Below, one piece after another: positions 18,112-21,270 of a DNA stretch of 21,270 bases. The stretch comes from Ignisphaera sp. GTDB lineage: Archaea; Thermoproteota; Thermoprotei_A; Sulfolobales; Ignisphaeraceae. Numbering within the stretch: the stretch's first letter is position 1; every line of letters starts with the position of its first letter. A program made the position numbers and the translations under genes. Location of the stretch: assembly GCA_038889075.1 (NCBI GenBank), contig JAWAHS010000017.1, positions 9,483 through 30,752 of the forward strand, read 5' to 3'. Under the pieces are notes generated by a model, which was not told where the DNA came from, ran no database searches, and was given only the letters and a program-made list of their open reading frames with translations.

Positions 18112-19602
18112 ATGAGAGTTCTACTCGTAGGTTCTGCTGCAAGAGAACATGCGTTGGTCGAGCTAATGAGAAAAAGCCCCCAAGAACCTAGAGTATCCGT
18201 GGTCATGGACTACCGAAACCCGGGTTTGATGAGGGTTGCCGATAGAACGGGTGGTAGATGGTCTATAGCTAAGACGACAGATCCTGTAGCTGTTGCTAAG
18301 ATTGCTGAAGATGTTTCACCAGATTTAGTGGTTATAGGACCTGAGGAGCCATTGTTTAGCGGTGTTTCGACATACCTTAGGGAAAAAGGTTTTATAGTAT
18401 TTGGTGCTGATAGCAGAAGCGCTGAGGTAGAGAAGAGCAAGGTATTTGCGAGAACGCTTATGTGGAAATACGGAATCCCAGGCAGACTCTACTTCAAGGC
18501 CTTTAAAGATATTGAGGAAGCTAGGAAGTTTATTGAATTTGCTGGAGATGTGGTTATAAAGCCTGCTAGACAGGCAGGTGGAAAAGGTGTTAAGGTACTT
18601 AAGGATACCCATGCCTATCTTTCTAAGGATAAGGCTGAGGTAAAGAAGAGCTACCTAGATAAACTATTTAGCGATATGGCTGGCTATGGAGATATGGACT
18701 ACAAGGTCTTGGTAGAGCAGAGAGTTGAGGGTGTTGAGTATACAGCTCAGGTAATTACTGACGGTAGCTACGTGCTATTCCTACCTATTGTTCAGGACCA
18801 TCCACATCTATTTGATTTTGATACAGGGCCTGAGACAGGTGGTATGGGTAGCATCTCGGGCCCTGGCTGGACCCCGCCTTTCTTAACAGTTGAAGAGTTT
18901 GAGAAAACTAGAGAAATAGTTACACTAGTTATTAGGAGCTTGATAGCTGAGGTAGGCTGTAACTACGTAGGGGCCTTTGCAGGGCAGATGATGCTGACAG
19001 GACTATGGGGACCCACGGTTATCGAATTCTATAGCAGATTTGGTGATCCAGAGATGGCAAATCTTGTTCCGATAGTAAAGAGCGATTTTCTTGAGCTTCT
19101 AGATAAAGCTGCTAGACAGAAGCTTGCTTCAGCAAAGATAGAGGTAGATGAGGAGAGGGTTGTCATAGTAAAGGCTGTAGCACCCGCAGGCTATCCGGAT
19201 AACAGGAAGCTGGCTTCAGGACACCCGGTTGCGGTAGAGGAGGACAAGATTACGGAGCTAGGCTGTGAAACAATGTATGCTAGTGTTGAGCTTATAGACG
19301 GCGTTCTCTATACAAAGGGTTCTAGAGTTGTAGAGATAGTATGCTATGGCTCGAGCTACGAAGAGGCTTATACCAAGTCCGAGAAAGCCGCTACCTATAT
19401 CCATGCTCTAGATGGCTGGACCCTGTTCCATAGAAGCGATATAGGCTCTGCATGGCTTCTAAACGAGAGAATTAGGTTAGCTGAAAAAGTAAGGAGGATC
19501 TACAGAAGCAGGGCTGCTAAGGGATTACTCGGAGAGGTTTACGTATGGATTCCCGGGGAAGGTATTTATTCAAACCCCCTCCTATCTCCCGTCAGGTGGT
19601 AG
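18112..19602 (+). CDS. purD: Phosphoribosylamine-glycine ligase (GAR synthetase)
   Basis: MRVLLVGSAAREHAL, VIGPEEPL, AGGKGV, GPETGGMGS and EFYSRFGDPE; C-terminal extension after HRSDIG. Confidence 0.96.
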   Translation: MRVLLVGSAAREHALVELMRKSPQEPRVSVVMDYRNPGLMRVADRTGGRWSIAKTTDPVAVAKIAEDVSPDLVVIGPEEPLFSGVSTYLREKGFIVFGADSRSAEVEKSKVFARTLMWKYGIPGRLYFKAFKDIEEARKFIEFAGDVVIKPARQAGGKGVKVLKDTHAYLSKDKAEVKKSYLDKLFSDMAGYGDMDYKVLVEQRVEGVEYTAQVITDGSYVLFLPIVQDHPHLFDFDTGPETGGMGSISGPGWTPPFLTVEEFEKTREIVTLVIRSLIAEVGCNYVGAFAGQMMLTGLWGPTVIEFYSRFGDPEMANLVPIVKSDFLELLDKAARQKLASAKIEVDEERVVIVKAVAPAGYPDNRKLASGHPVAVEEDKITELGCETMYASVELIDGVLYTKGSRVVEIVCYGSSYEEAYTKSEKAATYIHALDGWTLFHRSDIGSAWLLNERIRLAEKVRRIYRSRAAKGLLGEVYVWIPGEGIYSNPLLSPVRW

Positions 19603-19604
19603 GT

Positions 19605-20822
19605 ATGGGAAGAAGAGAGTTCCTAACAACCCCTATGTTCGGTAAATCGGTAAAGATGGTGTTGTTAGGCTCGGGTGAGCTAGGTAAGGAGATAGCTATA
19701 GAGGCTCAGAGGCTAGGAGTAGAGGTTATAGCTATCGATAGATATGATTGGGCTCCAGCTATGCATGTAGCACACAGGAGATATGTAGTAGATATGATGA
19801 ATTCCAACGCTGTTAAAGCTATTGTTGAAAAAGAGGATCCGGATGTAATCGTACCTGAGATAGAGGCCATCTCAACGGAAGCTCTTGAAGAACTAGAGAG
19901 CAGAGGGTATTTCGTAGTACCTAATGCTAGAGCTGTAAAAATAGCTATGAATAGAATAGAGCTTAGGAGGTTTGCTGCTGAACAGCTTAAGCTACCAACA
20001 ACTAGGTATATGTTTGCATCAAATCCAGATGAAGCTGTAGAGGCTTGTGAAAAAGTTGGATATCCGTGCCTTATAAAACCTGAGATGAGTAGCAGTGGAC
20101 ATGGCCATGCTAAAGTTGTAGAGCCTTCGCCTAAAGCTATTAAAGAAGCCTATAGCCACTCGGTAGCACATGCAAGAGGCAGAAGCTCGCGTGTAATAGT
20201 CGAAGAGTATGTAGGTTTGGAGGCAGAGTTCACAGTCCTAGCCTATAGGTATGTCGACGATTGGTCTATACGTACAGAAGTATGCGAACCTGTTGAACAC
20301 TGGAGATACGGCCAGTACCACTACGTAGAATCGTGGCAGCCATCTATAAAATCTAGAGAGGTGCTTGAAGAAGCCTCCAGGATAGCTGTAGCTACTGCTA
20401 ATGGATTGGGAGGTCTAGGGATTTTCGGTGTAGAGATATTCCTTACTAAGGATGGCAGAGTTCTATTTAGCGAAGTCGCTCCAAGACCTCACGATACGGG
20501 TATGGTGACGATGGTTAGCCAAGAGCTAAGCGAATTCGCAATCCATGTAAGAGCGGTGCTTGGACTGCCGGTACCAAAGCCGCGAATTACATCACCTGGT
20601 GCTAGCATTGCTATATATGCTGAAGACGATAATGTATGGGCTCCAAAGATATATGGGGTATACGAAGCACTAAAGATACCTGGTGTGGATGTTAGGATCT
20701 TTGGTAAACCATTTACATATGCAGGTAGAAGGGTAGCTGTCATACTGGCAAGGGGATTCACGGTTGAAGAAGCCCTTGAGAAGGTGCGGAGAGCATCGAA
20801 ATACGTCAGTATAAAGTCTTAG
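19605..20822 (+). CDS. purT: Formate-dependent GAR transformylase
   Basis: LLGSGELGKE, APAMHVAH, PEIEAI, KPEMSSSGHG, FSEVAPRPHDTGMVT and RIFGKP. Confidence 0.95.
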   Translation: MGRREFLTTPMFGKSVKMVLLGSGELGKEIAIEAQRLGVEVIAIDRYDWAPAMHVAHRRYVVDMMNSNAVKAIVEKEDPDVIVPEIEAISTEALEELESRGYFVVPNARAVKIAMNRIELRRFAAEQLKLPTTRYMFASNPDEAVEACEKVGYPCLIKPEMSSSGHGHAKVVEPSPKAIKEAYSHSVAHARGRSSRVIVEEYVGLEAEFTVLAYRYVDDWSIRTEVCEPVEHWRYGQYHYVESWQPSIKSREVLEEASRIAVATANGLGGLGIFGVEIFLTKDGRVLFSEVAPRPHDTGMVTMVSQELSEFAIHVRAVLGLPVPKPRITSPGASIAIYAEDDNVWAPKIYGVYEALKIPGVDVRIFGKPFTYAGRRVAVILARGFTVEEALEKVRRASKYVSIKS

Positions 20823-20843
20823 CGCTTCCTTGGTGGTAGTGCT

Positions 20844-21270
20844 ATGCCCAGGGTGGCTGTTATAATGGGTAGTAAAAGTGATTGGGAGTATATGAGGGAA
20901 GCTGTGGAACTCTTAAAACAGTTTGGTGTTGAAGTTGAAGCTAGAGTGGTATCGGCTCATAGGACTCCGGAATTCATGTACGAATTTGCTAAAACTGCTG
21001 CTGATAAAGGTATAGAGGTTATCATTGCTGGAGCTGGCGGTGCTGCACACCTACCTGGTATAACTGCTTCTCTAACACATCTACCCGTTATAGGCGTTCC
21101 TATACCATCAAAACACCTCAACGGGTTGGATTCTCTACTCTCAATAGTTCAAATGCCTTACGGAGTGCCTGTGGCTACCGTGGCCATAGGTAATGCTAAA
21201 AATGCTGCTCTACTAGCTCTAAGGATTTTAGGAATAAGGTATCCCAAGATTGCTGAAAAACTTAGGAAGT
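20844..21270 (+). CDS. purE: N5-CAIR mutase PurE (runs off window end)
   Basis: Manual translation [14 protein letters not shown]...VVSAHRTPE...[12 protein letters not shown]...PVIGVP...[19 protein letters not shown]; no stop before the window end. Confidence 0.96.
   Translation, partial: MPRVAVIMGSKSDWEYMREAVELLKQFGVEVEARVVSAHRTPEFMYEFAKTAADKGIEVIIAGAGGAAHLPGITASLTHLPVIGVPIPSKHLNGLDSLLSIVQMPYGVPVATVAIGNAKNAALLALRILGIRYPKIAEKLRK

Noticed and set aside
1572-20761. Numerous antisense or overlapping ORFs in the track (e.g. 1827-2300, 3644-4207, 8418-9008, 10389-10790)
   Set aside because: They lie opposite well-supported genes and have the Ser/Leu/Ile-rich composition typical of shadow frames.
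1-21270. CRISPR array, transposase, integrase or intein
   Set aside because: No regularly spaced repeats, no recombinase or transposase motifs, and no protein is longer than expected in a way that suggests an intein.

Overview
Archaeal chromosomal window, most consistent with a Thermoproteota (crenarchaeal, probably Desulfurococcales-like) genome, judged from gene content and order. The left half (1-9767) is a conserved information-processing neighbourhood: gatE (partial), rps30e, nop5, fibrillarin, an HTH regulator, an NTPase, trm1, a TFE-beta/C34-like factor, tfb, gar1, a CYTH protein and an FKBP-type PPIase. After a ~600-nt spacer with no intact gene comes a de novo purine cluster: purM divergent from purC-purS-purQ-purL-purF-purF2-purD-purT-purE (partial). 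Main oddities: (1) a GC-rich rod-like candidate ncRNA with its own TATA box, enclosed by a perfect 17-bp inverted repeat between trm1 and TFE-beta; (2) both PurF paralogues appear to lack the glutaminase nucleophile Cys while keeping the PRPP and Fe-S motifs; (3) an NTPase whose Walker A motif lies upstream of any usable canonical start codon; (4) repeated dyads and a duplicated leader in the purM/purC control region. All calls come from reading motifs by eye; no searches were run.
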